Assembly (NCBI RefSeq): GCF_004010195.1
Contig: NC_057718.1
Span: 5,478,325 to 5,507,831 of the forward strand
DNA: 29,507 bases
Direction: 5' to 3'
DNA from: Chiloscyllium plagiosum
Taxonomy: Eukaryota
Shown here one piece after another: positions 9,859 to 20,545 of this stretch. A model generated the notes under the pieces. It was not told the origin of the DNA. It did not search any database and saw only the letters and a program-made list of their open reading frames with translations. A program made the translations under genes and the position numbers. Position 1 is the first letter of the stretch, and each line of letters begins with the position of its first letter.

Positions 9859-10231
9859 GTACTTAGCTCATTTGTACATTCATCTCTTACATAAACATCA
9901 CTTTTTATTTGGCAAAGGTAGTTCTCACATGTTACAAGTAAAAACATAAACATTGGTTAATAGCAAACTATGCAGAGAAAGGACTGTGAAATTCATAGAA
10001 ATTTAATGGTAAATATATCATTTCAGCAGTTTAACAACTCTTTCAGAACTTGTTCTGGTACAACTTCTGGAAGGGTGGAATTCCCACTTGGCTGTTCTTG
10101 GTCTAAAGCTATGTCTTTAGAATGTCGACTGATGTCCTGACGTTTTATCACAGTGTCATGATCTGGGTGTGTTTGCTGAGCATAATTGGTGTAATATCTA
10201 CTTTCTTTAACTGTCTTCTGCTCCTCCGCAG

Positions 10232-10340
10232 CACAATGCACTCTAGAGACATGACCTGTGCCTTGAGAGCTGCTGTGCAGAGAGCCTGTGATAGTGTGGC
10301 ACAGCTTACTCGGCTCTCTTCAAGCGTCGTTCCTCCAAAG
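10232..10340 (+). CDS. Candidate internal coding exon of an unidentified host gene
   Basis: Branch-like ctttaac, then the polypyrimidine tract tgtcttctgctcctccgcag|. Only one frame is open: TMHSRDMTCALRAAVQRACDSVAQLTRLSSSVVPPK. Donor AAG|gtgata, with an alternative AAG|gtgaat at 10370. Confidence 0.65.
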
Positions 10341-10926
10341 GTGATAACGCAAGTATCAGGATGGTCAAAGGTGAATTGGATGGATATTTGTGTGTTTGAC
10401 CTACGTTCCTAAAGTTCTTTAAAAGGGTCTCTGAGGATTTGATTTGAAATGCCACCTGGACCTGAGCATACCAGTGGAAATTACACATTTAGAAGCAGAA
10501 TCACTGTTTGCCTATTGTGAACATCTTTGACACAGAAGTAGCAGCAGTAAGGAAAATTTGTAATTTCTTTAGGATGTTTAGAAAACCATGAATCTTTAAA
10601 TCAGAATGTTGGACAATGACTTATTTGCGCTTGTATCACTTGTTAATGGATCAATTATAATGTTTGGATATTAAAGCTATCCACGTAACTGGCAGGGTAA
10701 CCCTAGACCTGGATGCAATACTATACAAAAGAGGTTAAAATATGGACACAGGCAACTAACAGGTGAACAGAGAGACAAAGACAGAAGTTGAAGACTGGGA
10801 AGATTTTAGAAAAACATGCCATTGTATAGAAGATAGCAGATATGGGACTTTATTTACACTGACCGTGCTGCCTGTGAAAGGGACTGGAATTCTGCTCAGG
10901 AGAACTGTGTAACTAAAACTGAGACT

Positions 10927-11103
10927 AGGCAAAAGTGAGGACTGCAGATGCTGGAGATCAGAGTCAAGATTAGAGTGGTGCTGGAAAAACACAGCAGGTC
11001 AGGCAGCATTCTGATGAAGGTCTCCTGCCCGAAACGTCGATTTTCCTGCTCCTCAGATGCTGTCTGACCTGCTGTGCTTTTCCAGCACCACCCTAATCTT
11101 GTC
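10927..11103. mobile_element. 177-bp PLE-derived fold-back insertion with 15-bp target-site duplication
   Basis: TSD actaaaactgagact (10912-10926) / actaaaactgggact (11104-11118). Inverted arms flank a hammerhead core. Confidence 0.85.
11007..11042 (+). ncRNA. Minimal type I hammerhead ribozyme motif
   Basis: CAUU-CUGAUGA-A-GGUC UCCU GCCC-GAAAC-GUC-GAUU. Core boxes and GUC are intact; there is one mismatch in helix II. Confidence 0.65.
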
Positions 11104-11895
11104 ACTAAAACTGGGACTGCACAGGCTGAGTGCACTGCTTAGCACCGTCATATATCAAAAACTTTGTTGTACCAAATATTCCTTGTGTATTTTTTAGTTC
11201 ATACTGAATATAATGAACATAATATATGTACTGTAAGCACTTACTCAAGTTTTATTTTAGTTGATTCTGATCATGTCAGAAGAAAGTGACTGAGGTAAAA
11301 CATTATCTTGGAAATCCTTCATTTGGGGTTCATTTGGTAAATTTATTTGTTTTAGTTTACAGATCCCCAAGGGGACTGTAACACTGTTAAAGACAGATTG
11401 TATTATGTGTCCTGAGTCTAGAGCACCTTCTGATGAGCAGCACCTTATCATCAAGGACAGAAGTAGATCAAAGATTTGAAAGATTTGGGGCTCTTTCTCC
11501 TAAGCTCATACTGTCAATGTGCCATGCCTTCTGAGAGGATGGGAGAAGTTACTTCCCACAATGTTTTAATTCAAAATGAAATTTGTTTGGGATCAGTTTG
11601 AGGGACAATCCTATGATTTGGAAAATTTCCCCCTTCCTTTCTATGTTGGCTTAAGAATCGCCGTATTTGTTAACAATGAGAAAAGCATGTTTTTTCTCTT
11701 TAACAGGCTGTGATAAAAACAGATCTTGACTCCATTACCAGATGTCCAAGTGTGACACAAGATGATGCTTTGATCTTCCATTCAATTATCTTGTTCCTGA
11801 TGATGCCAACACATATAATACCAGTGTTTGCTGTCCAAAATAATGGAATATAAATCAAAAAATCTTGCTGCAAAAGATGAAGCAAGTTGTTCAGT

Positions 11896-12236
11896 AAAAT
11901 AATGAGAGGTATGGTTGGAGTTGATGGTCGTTCTCTTTTCCCTAACATGGGGAATTTCAAGACTAGAAGGTATATTTTTAAGAGGAGAGATTTAAAAAGG
12001 ACATAAGAGGCAATGTTTTTACAAAGAGGTGGTTTGTGTGTGGAATGAACTTCCTGAGCAAGTGGTGGATGCGGGTACAATAACAACGTTTAAATGGATA
12101 CATGAATAGGGAAAGTTCGGATGGATTTGGACCAGAAGCAGGCAGGTGGGATTGTTTAGTTTGGGATTATGTTCAGCATGGACTAGTTGGACCGAAGGGT
12201 CTGTTTCCGTGCTATATGACCGTATGACTCTATGAT
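11896..12236 (+). mobile_element. CR1 (HER1-like) 3' end
   Basis: FTKRWFVCGMN-like remnant of FFTQRVV..WN.LP, then ttggaccgaagggtctgtttccgtgct and the (atgactct)n tail. Confidence 0.9.
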
Positions 12237-12342
12237 TATCTAGATACATTTGAGAATACCAAATTTCAAAAGGAACAATAATTGGTGCTACATGGTGAAA
12301 GGTTGCTGAATGGTTGGCAGTTCCTGCAAGGAAGTTTACTTA

Positions 12343-13240
12343 ACCCCTACTGTACTCCCTGTACAATCACAACTGTGTCACCAAATTCCGTATGAGCACC
12401 ATTTACAAGTTTGCTGATGACACCACTGTTGTAGGCTGGATATCAAACAATGATGAGTCAGAAAGGAGATAGAGGGCTTAGTGATGTGATGCAATGATAA
12501 CAATTTCTCCCTCAATGTCAGCACAACAAAAAAACTGATAATTGACTCCAGAAAGAAAGGAGGTGGACGTGCCCCCATCTCTGGCAATGGAGTTGAATTG
12601 GAGAGGGTAGAGAGCGTCAAGTTCTGAGGAGTCATGATGACCACCATCCGTACTGGACCTCTCAGTCAAGAAAGCACAACAATGCCTCTTCTTCCTGCGG
12701 AGGCTTCAGAAATTCAGCATGTCTGTAAAGAATTTCACTGACTTCTAAGATACACTATAGAAAGCACTCTATATGGGTGCATCATGGTTTGATATGGTAA
12801 CTGCTCTGCCCAGAACCATAAGAGACTACTCAGAGTGTGAACACAACCTAGAGCATCACAAAAGCCAACCTCCCATCCCTGGATTCCATCTATATGTCTT
12901 ATTGCTGTGGTAAGGCTGCCAACATCATCAAAGACCCCACCCAACCTGTTAATGCTCTTTTCCAACTTCTTCTGGAGGCAGAAGACACAGAAGCTGAAAT
13001 GCATGTTCCAACAGGTTCAAGAACAGCTTCTTCCATGCAATTATTGGGCTGCTGAATAGACCTCTCTAGTTTCAAAACAAATGTTGATCTTGCTTTTGTG
13101 CACCTCCAGCCGTAACCTTGTATGCCTCTCTTTGTCTGAACAATATGGTCTGTATCTCCTTGTATGTTGCCTCTATTGCTTGCAAAACAAAACTTTTCAC
13201 TGTACATAGGGACATGTACCAACAATAAATTTAAAAAATA
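12343..13240 (+). mobile_element. Rex1/Babar LINE, 5'-truncated
   Basis: PLLYSLY..CV.KF...IYKFADDTTVVGWI, VESVKF*GV, IIKDPTQP, RFKNSFF, and the 3' tail cttttcactgtac...acaataaa. Confidence 0.9.
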
Positions 13241-13319
13241 AGTTATTACCATAGTGAATGTGCCGGGGATATATACCTGAAACTCATGCAGCAATGTCCT
13301 GGAACTGAGATGAATGACC

Positions 13320-14975
13320 TCGAAGATCAACAACCATAACGAGTACAGAGCGAAGTCGAGTACAATCACTAACAATAATCCATCCCTCCCCGATGAGCTG
13401 AATGCATTCTACGCTTATTTGGAACAGAATGTCAGTGAAGTGATGTCACCTGCCCCGACAGCTTCGGATGCCCCCGTACCCACAGTCACTGCCAGAGCCG
13501 TCAGATCAACCTGCTTGAGGGTGAACCCTCACGAAGCGACCGACCTGGATGGAGTCCCTAAATGTGCATTCAGATTCTGTGTGGACCAGCAGGTGAGAGT
13601 ATTTGCACACATGTTTAATCTCGCCTTCCTCCGATCTGAGGTTCCCGCCTACTTCACGAAGACCATTGTCATGCTGGTGCCAAAGAAAAATCAGGCTGCA
13701 TGCCTTAATGACTACCATCCAGTGGCTCTGATGTCCATCATTATGGACAACCATACTTTGAGAGGTTACTAATAGCTCACATTAACTCCACCCTCCTAAA
13801 TTGCAATTATCCCCTATAATTCACCTACCATCACCATTGGTCCAAGGGAGACGTCCCTACACTCACCTCATGGAACGTCTGGATAACAAGGGCACCTACG
13901 TCCGACTCCTATTTATTGACATTCAACACTATAATTTAACCAATCTCATCTTCGGCACCAAGGATTCTGCTCCTCGCCCCCACTTTGCAACTGGATCTTT
14001 GACTTCCTGACATGCAGACCTCAGTCAGTAAGGATAGATGACAACACCTCCTCCACCATAATCCTCAACACCGATGCCCCACAAAACTGTATACTCAGCC
14101 CCTTACTGTTCTCCTTACACACTCACAACTGTGTGGCCAACTTCTGCTCTAGCTCCATTTATAAATTTGCTGATAGCACCACCATTGTGGGTTGGATCTC
14201 AAATAACGATGAGACAGAGTACAGGCAGCTTAGCAGCATGGTGTAAACACAACAATCTCTCCCTCAATGTCAGCAAATGAAGGAACTGGTCATTGACTTC
14301 AGGAAGCATGGTGGAGGACACACCCATGTCTGCACCAATGTGGTCGAGGAGTAAATATCACCAACAATCTATCCCGGTCCAACTACATCGACTCTACAGT
14401 CAAGAAAGCACAGTAACACCCCTACTTCCCCAGAAGGCAACGGAAATTCAGCATGTCCACAATGACGTTTACCAATGTTTATAGATGCACCATAGAGATC
14501 ATTCTATCTGGATACAAGACAGCTTGGTATGGCAACTACTCTTTCCAAGACCATAAGAAATTACAGGCAGTTTTGAACACAGTTCAGTCCATCACAAAAA
14601 AACAGCCTTTCTTCCATTGACTCCATCTATACTTCCCACTGCCTCAGGAAAGCACCCAACATAATCAAAGACCCCTCCCACCCTGGTTATATAATCTTCC
14701 ACTCCCTTCTATTGGGCAGAAGATACCAAAGTTTGAAAACACATACTAACAGATTCAAGAACAGCTTCTTCCCTGCTGTTACCAGACTTATGAATGGACT
14801 CTTATATATTAGAGTTGATTTTTCTCTGCACCTTCTCTGTAGCGGTAACATTATATTCTGCATTCTATTCTATTACCCTGATGGTATTTACGTAAGATAT
14901 GATTTATCTGGTTGGCACACAAAATAATACTTTTCACTGTATCTTGGTATATGTGACAATAATAAATCAAATTAA
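13320..14975 (+). mobile_element. Rex1/Babar LINE, 5'-truncated and degenerate
   Basis: [70 protein letters not shown], and the tail gtgacaataataaatcaaa. Confidence 0.92.
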
Positions 14976-14984
14976 GTTGTTGTC

Positions 14985-15520
14985 TTTTGTGCCAGGTATG
15001 ACTCCAACTAGCAGAGAGCTTTTCTCTTGATTCTCATTGACTTCAGTTTTGCCAGGGCTCCTTGATGCCACACTCAGTCAAATGTGGCCTTGATGTCAAG
15101 AGCTGTCATTCTCACCTCACCTCTGAAATTCAGCTCTTTTGTCAATGTTTGAGGTCAAAAACTGAGTGGGGCCTAATCAAACCAACACCTGAGCATTAGT
15201 TGTCTCCTTAAAGATAACAATAGTATTTACAAGAACATAAATATCCACACATAAATACTGTGGCCACAAAAGCAGTTTAGAAGCTAGGAATATTGCATCG
15301 AATAACTCATCTCCTGACTCCCCAAAGCTTGTCCACCATCTACAAGGCAGAGGTCAGGAGTTTGATGGAATACTCCCCACTTGCCTGGATGAGCGCAGCT
15401 CCAACAACACTCAAGAGGCTTGACACCATCCAAGATTAAGAAATCTGCTTGACGGGTGCTACATCCACAAACTTTCACTCCCTCCAGCAGTGATGGTTAG
15501 TAGCAGCCATGTATACATGT
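14985..15520. mobile_element. Fragments of the APE-RT LINE family in opposite orientations (14985-15185 minus, 15245-15520 plus)
   Basis: The first part is the reverse complement of 27560-27765 (ALDIKATFD region); the second matches 28190-28460. Confidence 0.85.
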
Positions 15521-15562
15521 TGCTCCTGAACTTGATCCCTATCCATTTGATAATCCAGCCTG

Positions 15563-15900
15563 AGAGTCATAGAATCATAGAGATGTGCAGCACAGAAACA
15601 GACCCTTTGGTCCAATTTGTTCATGCTGAGTAGGTATCCTAAACTAATTTAGTCTCATTTGCCAGCACATGGCCCATATCCCTCAGAACCTTTGCTATTC
15701 ATGTACCCATCCAGATGCCTTTTAAATATTATAATTGCACCAGCCTCCACCCCTCAGTCTCCGGCGCTCCGGGGAAAACAGCCCCAGCCTATTCAGCCTC
15801 TTCCTGTAGCTCAAATCCTCCAACCTTGGCAACATCCTTATGAATCTCTACTGAATCCTTTCAAGTTTCACAATATCCTTCCTATAGGAGGGAGACCAGT
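15563..15900 (-). mobile_element. CR1 3' end with internal deletion
   Basis: agagtcatagaatcatagagatgtgcagcacagaaacagacc. Relative to 24667-25210 it jumps from gcctccacc to cctcagtctcc. Confidence 0.85.
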
Positions 15901-16129
15901 CTTGGTCTCAACAGGTAACTTGCCTCACATCTGACCCTTCACAAATCCTTGAGATACTCAACAATTGTTGATAAGATGAGGACCAGGCTTTCCGAGGCGC
16001 TACTGAATAAAGAACATTGTACCTTCATACTGGGTGTAACTGCTGAGGCATGTGTAAATGGAGCTATATCTTAGCGATGTCTGTGGAGATGCCCTCTTTC
16101 ACCATCCCCTGCACCTAGCTATGCTGAGG

Positions 16130-16488
16130 GACGAAATGGCCTTATGGCGTTTTCTCTGGATTCTTAATTCAGATGCTCAGGTAAAGTTCTGGAGACCAGC
16201 TTTCAAATCATGCAATGACAGATAGTGGAATTTCACTTCAATAAAAACTAGAATTAAGGCTCTAATGCTGACCATGAATCCATTGTTGATTGTCGTTAAA
16301 AAAAAAACTATCTGGTTCACTGTTGTTTTTCAAAAAGAAACTGCCATCCTTACCTGGTCTGGCTGACGTGTGAGTCCAGATCTACTTCAATGTAGTTGAC
16401 TCTCAATTGACCTCTGGGCAATTAGGAATGGGCAATAAATGCTGGCCCAGCCAGTGATGCTCTAACACCATTCATGAATTGAAAAAAA
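16130..16488 (+). mobile_element. tRNA-headed SINE whose body and tail match the 5' and 3' ends of the 25845-28819 LINE
   Basis: A-box-like tggccttatgg (16137-16147) and B-box-like gctttcaaatc (16199-16209). 16228-16416 resembles 25847-26020, and 16417-16488 resembles 28751-28819, ending in an A-rich tail. Confidence 0.8.
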
Positions 16489-17250
16489 GTTCACTAAGTC
16501 TGTTGTTGTTCAAACACAAAAGTTTCACTCTCAAATGAAGTGAAAACTAGTGACTGTAAACCAAGTGAAAAATGCAGTGATCCAGACTCATAGCAGGAGC
16601 TGCCTGGTGAAATGCATTGAGATATACCAATGTAACAGGAAGCCATTTAACAGGAAAGACTGCCCAGAAACTGATGCCAGCCTAGGTACCACCAGCAGAC
16701 TCTCACTGGAGTTGTGGTTACATTGGTTCAGAAGGTGCTATGGGTTTTCAGTTCCCATTGTAGTCAGGGTTGACACATAATAAAAGCTGATTCTCAGTAA
16801 GGAAAACGGTTGAGTCCCATTCCAGGCATGACAATTGCATATTTCTTTACTGTTAAAATCAGACTTTCACTGTTTGGATTAGTAGCCTTCACGTGGTCAG
16901 GTTCTGGGAACTAATGGAGAATTAGTTGACTGGGTTGAGACCTGACAATAATAGGATGACAGTGATGATAAAATAGGGGAAGCTGTGTTTGAGAATTAGA
17001 TCCAGCAGTCAGTATTGTGGTCCCCCTGCTGCTCCTGTGTCAAACAGGGTGTAATTTATTGGCCACATAACATTTAGACTGAACTAAATGACCAATATAA
17101 GGGTGACAAACAGCACTCAAAGAGTAATGGAGCAATGAAACAGATGGCTTTAAACATGGTTGGATCGATGACAGAGTTTAGCAGGATGCAGTAGAGAGGA
17201 GACAGCACTCATGACAGCTGCACCTCAGATTAATCATTTCACTTGTTCAG

Positions 17251-17342
17251 CCAGTGCGCCTATCAAAAGGTACAGCAAAGGCCAGCAAATTACCTTCATT
17301 GTTCCCATGGAAACCAATGCAACACGGGAGTACCATGGACAG
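17251..17342 (+). CDS. Weak candidate host exon
   Basis: Acceptor attaatcatttcacttgttcag|. A phase 0-2 reading (PVRLSKGTAKASKLPSLFPWKPMQHGSTMD) would bridge the 10232 and 23058 exons. Donors are weak (CAG|gtcata, or AAG|gtacag at 17269). Confidence 0.3.
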
Positions 17343-17439
17343 GTCATACAAAACATTGCAAACAGGTTGTGGAGGCACAGGGGGAAAGTGTGAAAATGAT
17401 TTTATTCAGTTACTCCCAGAACTGAGAGATGTTGCCTCC

Positions 17440-17683
17440 AGCAAAGATTGGTTGGGCTTTTCCCGCAATACATAGCTTTAAACTAATGAAGGTGCTCGAT
17501 AAGTCAAATCAGAAACGATGTATCCAAATGGTGACTTCAAACAACGGACAATGAATGCGGCAGTGATATTTCTAAAAAGGAATTCAGGGGAAACTTTGCC
17601 AGGAGAATGATGAGAAAATGAAAGTCACTTGCTTGGCAAGTGTTTGAGGGGAATATAACAGACACATTTAGGGGATGATGTAG
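17440..17683 (+). mobile_element. Very old CR1 fragment
   Basis: tttaaaactaatgaaggtgctcgataag...ggggaaactttgccaggagaatgatgagaaaatgaaagtcacttgc follows the CR1 FKIMKG.D / FFTQRVV..WNSL layout. Confidence 0.45.
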
Positions 17684-17695
17684 TCTGTTTATGCT

Positions 17696-19005
17696 CCACA
17701 GTTACACTGGCACATCCCCCACCCTTTCCTCCATTACATTGAAGACTGTATCGGTGCCACCTCATGCTCCCATGAGGAGTTTGAACAGTTCATCAACTTC
17801 ACAAACACCTTCCACCCTGAGCTTAGGTTCACCTGGATCATCTCAGATACTTCCCTCCGCTTCCTGAACCCTTTCATCTCCATCTCCAACAACGGACTCA
17901 ACACGGACATCAAACTAACTGACTCCCACAGCTACCTGGACTACACCTCCTCCCACCATCCCCACCCCTGCAAAAACACTATCCCTTACTCCCAATTCCT
18001 CTGCCTCTGTTGCATCAACAAAGCCCTCCAGCGTATCTCCTCCTCTGCCCTTGAACCCCACTCCTCCAACTGCAACAAGGATATACCCCCCCCAACCACA
18101 GTCCTCACTTTCCCACCCAACTAATCTCCAGATACAGCGCATTATCTTCCGCCATTTCTGCCACCTATAGTCAGACCCACCAGAAATGTATTTCCCTCCC
18201 CATCCCTATTTGCGTTCTGCAGAGACCATTCTCTGCATGACACTCTCATTTGGTACATTCCCCCACCGACACACTCTCCACTCCTGGTACCTCCCCTTGC
18301 CACTGCAAGAGGTGTAAAACCTGCTCCAACACCTCTCCCCTCACCTCCATTCAAGGTTTCAAAGGATCCTTCCACATCCAGCAGAGATTTTCCTGCACAT
18401 CCAACCACATCATCTACTGTGTCCATTGCTCTCAGTGTGATTTCCTCTACATTGAGGAGACAGGACACAATTCGCGGAATGTTTCAGGGAACATCTCTGG
18501 CACATACGCATTAACAACCCCACCACCCTCTGGCCAACCACTTCAATTCCCCCTCCCACTCCGCCAAGGACATGCAAGTCCTGGGCTTTCTCCACCGTCA
18601 AATCCAAGTGACCCACCAACTGGAGGAAGAATGCCTCATCTTCCGCCTTAGGACCCTCTAGCCACACAGCATCAATGTTGACATCACCAGTTTCTTTACC
18701 TTCCCTCTCCCCACCTCATCCCAGATCCAACCATCCAACTCAACACCACCCTCTTGAACTGTCCTTCCCACCTTTCTGCTCCACATTCCTCTTCAAACTA
18801 TCACTATCAACCCCCACCTGCATCTACCTATCGCCTTCCCAGCTATCTTCCCCCGATCCCCACCTCCGCCCTCCTATTTATCTCTCAGCCCCCTTCCTCA
18901 CCCACTCTACATTCCTGATGAAGGGTTTGTGCCCAATATGTCGACTCTCCTGCTCCTCAGATGCTGCCTGACCTGCTGTGCTTCTCCAACGCTGCACTTT
19001 TTGAC
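17696..19005 (+). mobile_element. Penelope-like retroelement, 5'-truncated: RT C-terminal half, GIY-YIG endonuclease, 3' UTR and pLTR
   Basis: FLHYIEDCIG (YIDD box), TDSHSYLDYTSSH..CKNTIPYSQFL, PCHCKRCKTC linker and IIYCVHCSQCDFLYIEETG (GIY-YIG). Decayed hammerhead at 18915. 12-bp TSD tctgtttatgct at 17684-17695 and 19006-19017. Confidence 0.95.
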
Positions 19006-19295
19006 TCTGTTTATGCTTTAGTTGTGTTGATATCACAAACTAAAACCTGTATACCACCAACATTTCGATGACTAGTTCTGGCTAAACAGGGCATGAAAGC
19101 AGAGATGTTAATCCCAATAATGAAAACTTATAAATGGAAATAACTTAAAGATGGGCGCTGAAGATTTCACCCGATAGGCAATGCTGTGAAGTCTCTCTGA
19201 AGGTCTGAGCATGCCCACTCCCAACACTGACCTCCAGTTTCAGAAGCTGCTGCAGGGCAGACAATTCAGAGATCCATGCGGGAGGCAAAAGTAGT

Positions 19296-19480
19296 CCATA
19301 AGACCATAAGACATAGGAGTAGAAGCAAGGCCATTCGGCTCATCGATGTTTCAATTCCACTTACCCGCACTATCCCTGTATCCCTTAATTCCTTGCGAGA
19401 TCAAGAATTTATCAATCTCTGCCTTGAAGACACCCAACGTCCCGGCCTCCACTCCGCTCCATGATAATGAATTCCATAGT
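19296..19480 (-). mobile_element. CR1 3' end, (tcttatgg)n-tailed subfamily
   Basis: ccataagaccataagacataggagtagaagcaaggccattcggc. Confidence 0.8.
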
Positions 19481-19948
19481 CGAGGGAATGTGGGTGATGG
19501 GCCTGTACCTGTTTCCTTTAGCAGCTTGCTCCGTTGTGGGACTGTCCTTGATATGTTGTCTTGGAAAGAGAGTTTCTTTGTAGTTGTATGGATGGTACCT
19601 TGTATTTAGTCATTGCCAGGGAGCACTTAGTACTTGTTTCTGTCAATCCCACCATCTATCCCATATCATATAGAAAATGCTCAGTCTATTTTTCACTCAT
19701 CTTTGTTGCAGTGACTCCCACTCCAAAATCTTCTATCAATGATGTGACATGGATGTATTTCCCAGACTGACTCATGCAGGATTGCACACATTTTTTATAT
19801 TGCTTGTTTGCAGGATGTGGATGACATTGGCTGGCCAGTATATATTGCCATTCCTAATGTCACTGAGGAAAGTGAATGCAAGCTGCCTTCTTGAACTGCA
19901 GAAGTCCACTTGGTGTGAACCAACCCTCAGTGAGTTCCATGATTTTGA

Positions 19949-20545
19949 ATGATTGGTTGAATTGAATGACTTACTTATTGTCACCTGCATCTTGAAAATA
20001 AAGTGAAAAGTGATTTATAACCACAATCTGGTACAATAAGGATGAAAAGAAATTACTTAAATAACAGTTCATCCTCTGCTCAAGTTGGGGTCTCAAGCAA
20101 GGCTTCGGGGCTTCTGCAAGTTCTCCATGAGGTCTTCTGGACCTTAAGGAGTAACAATGTTGCCAACATCCCAAGAGGTCACGGCTTTCACTGCCATAAC
20201 CAATACTCTGTGGCTACCATCACCAGGAGTCCCTGCTTGGGGCCTACCATCACCAAGAATCCTCACTCCAGGTACTGACACTACCAAAAGTCCAGGCTGT
20301 GGGCCTACTGCCACTGAGAATCCAGGGTCTGCGCACCACCACTGCTACCGCCACCAGGAGTCCTAGGTCACACTGCCAACGCTGCTGCTACCCCTTACTA
20401 ACACCGTTCTGGGCTCAAAGATGAAGAAGGAAGGAAAAATAAAAGAAATAAAAATGACAAGTATACTGAGAAAACGATGCTGCCAGCCTGGAGTGGATGG
20501 GCTCCAGCAAGCCCAACTGCTACCTACCACACTGACACCATCTTG
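19949..20545 (-). mobile_element. Non-autonomous ~600-bp element with a Rex1-type 3' tail and an internal ~30-bp minisatellite
   Basis: The minus strand starts caagatgg and ends cttttcactttattttcaagatgcaggtgacaataagtaagtcattcaattcaa, like the Rex tail at 14930-14972. No coding homology is apparent in between. Confidence 0.6.
20214..20365. repeat. Degenerate ~30-bp tandem repeat, about 5 units
   Basis: Units of ctacc(a/g)(t/c)cacca(g/a)ga(g/a)tcc start near 20214, 20244, 20275, 20305 and 20345. Confidence 0.75.

Noticed and set aside
9753..9953. Minus-strand exon ending at TAG|GTAAGC
   Set aside because: The long frame ends in a stop at the donor and no good acceptor is evident. The + strand duplication explains the region better.
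19203..19290. Phase 1-2 exon candidate LSMPTPNTDLQFQKLLQGRQFRDPCGRQ
   Set aside because: Both splice sites are weak, and phase compatibility alone is not enough.
19480..19760. Possible very old CR1 endonuclease remnant on the minus strand
   Set aside because: Only a VGLTET-like word is recognisable; too decayed to call.
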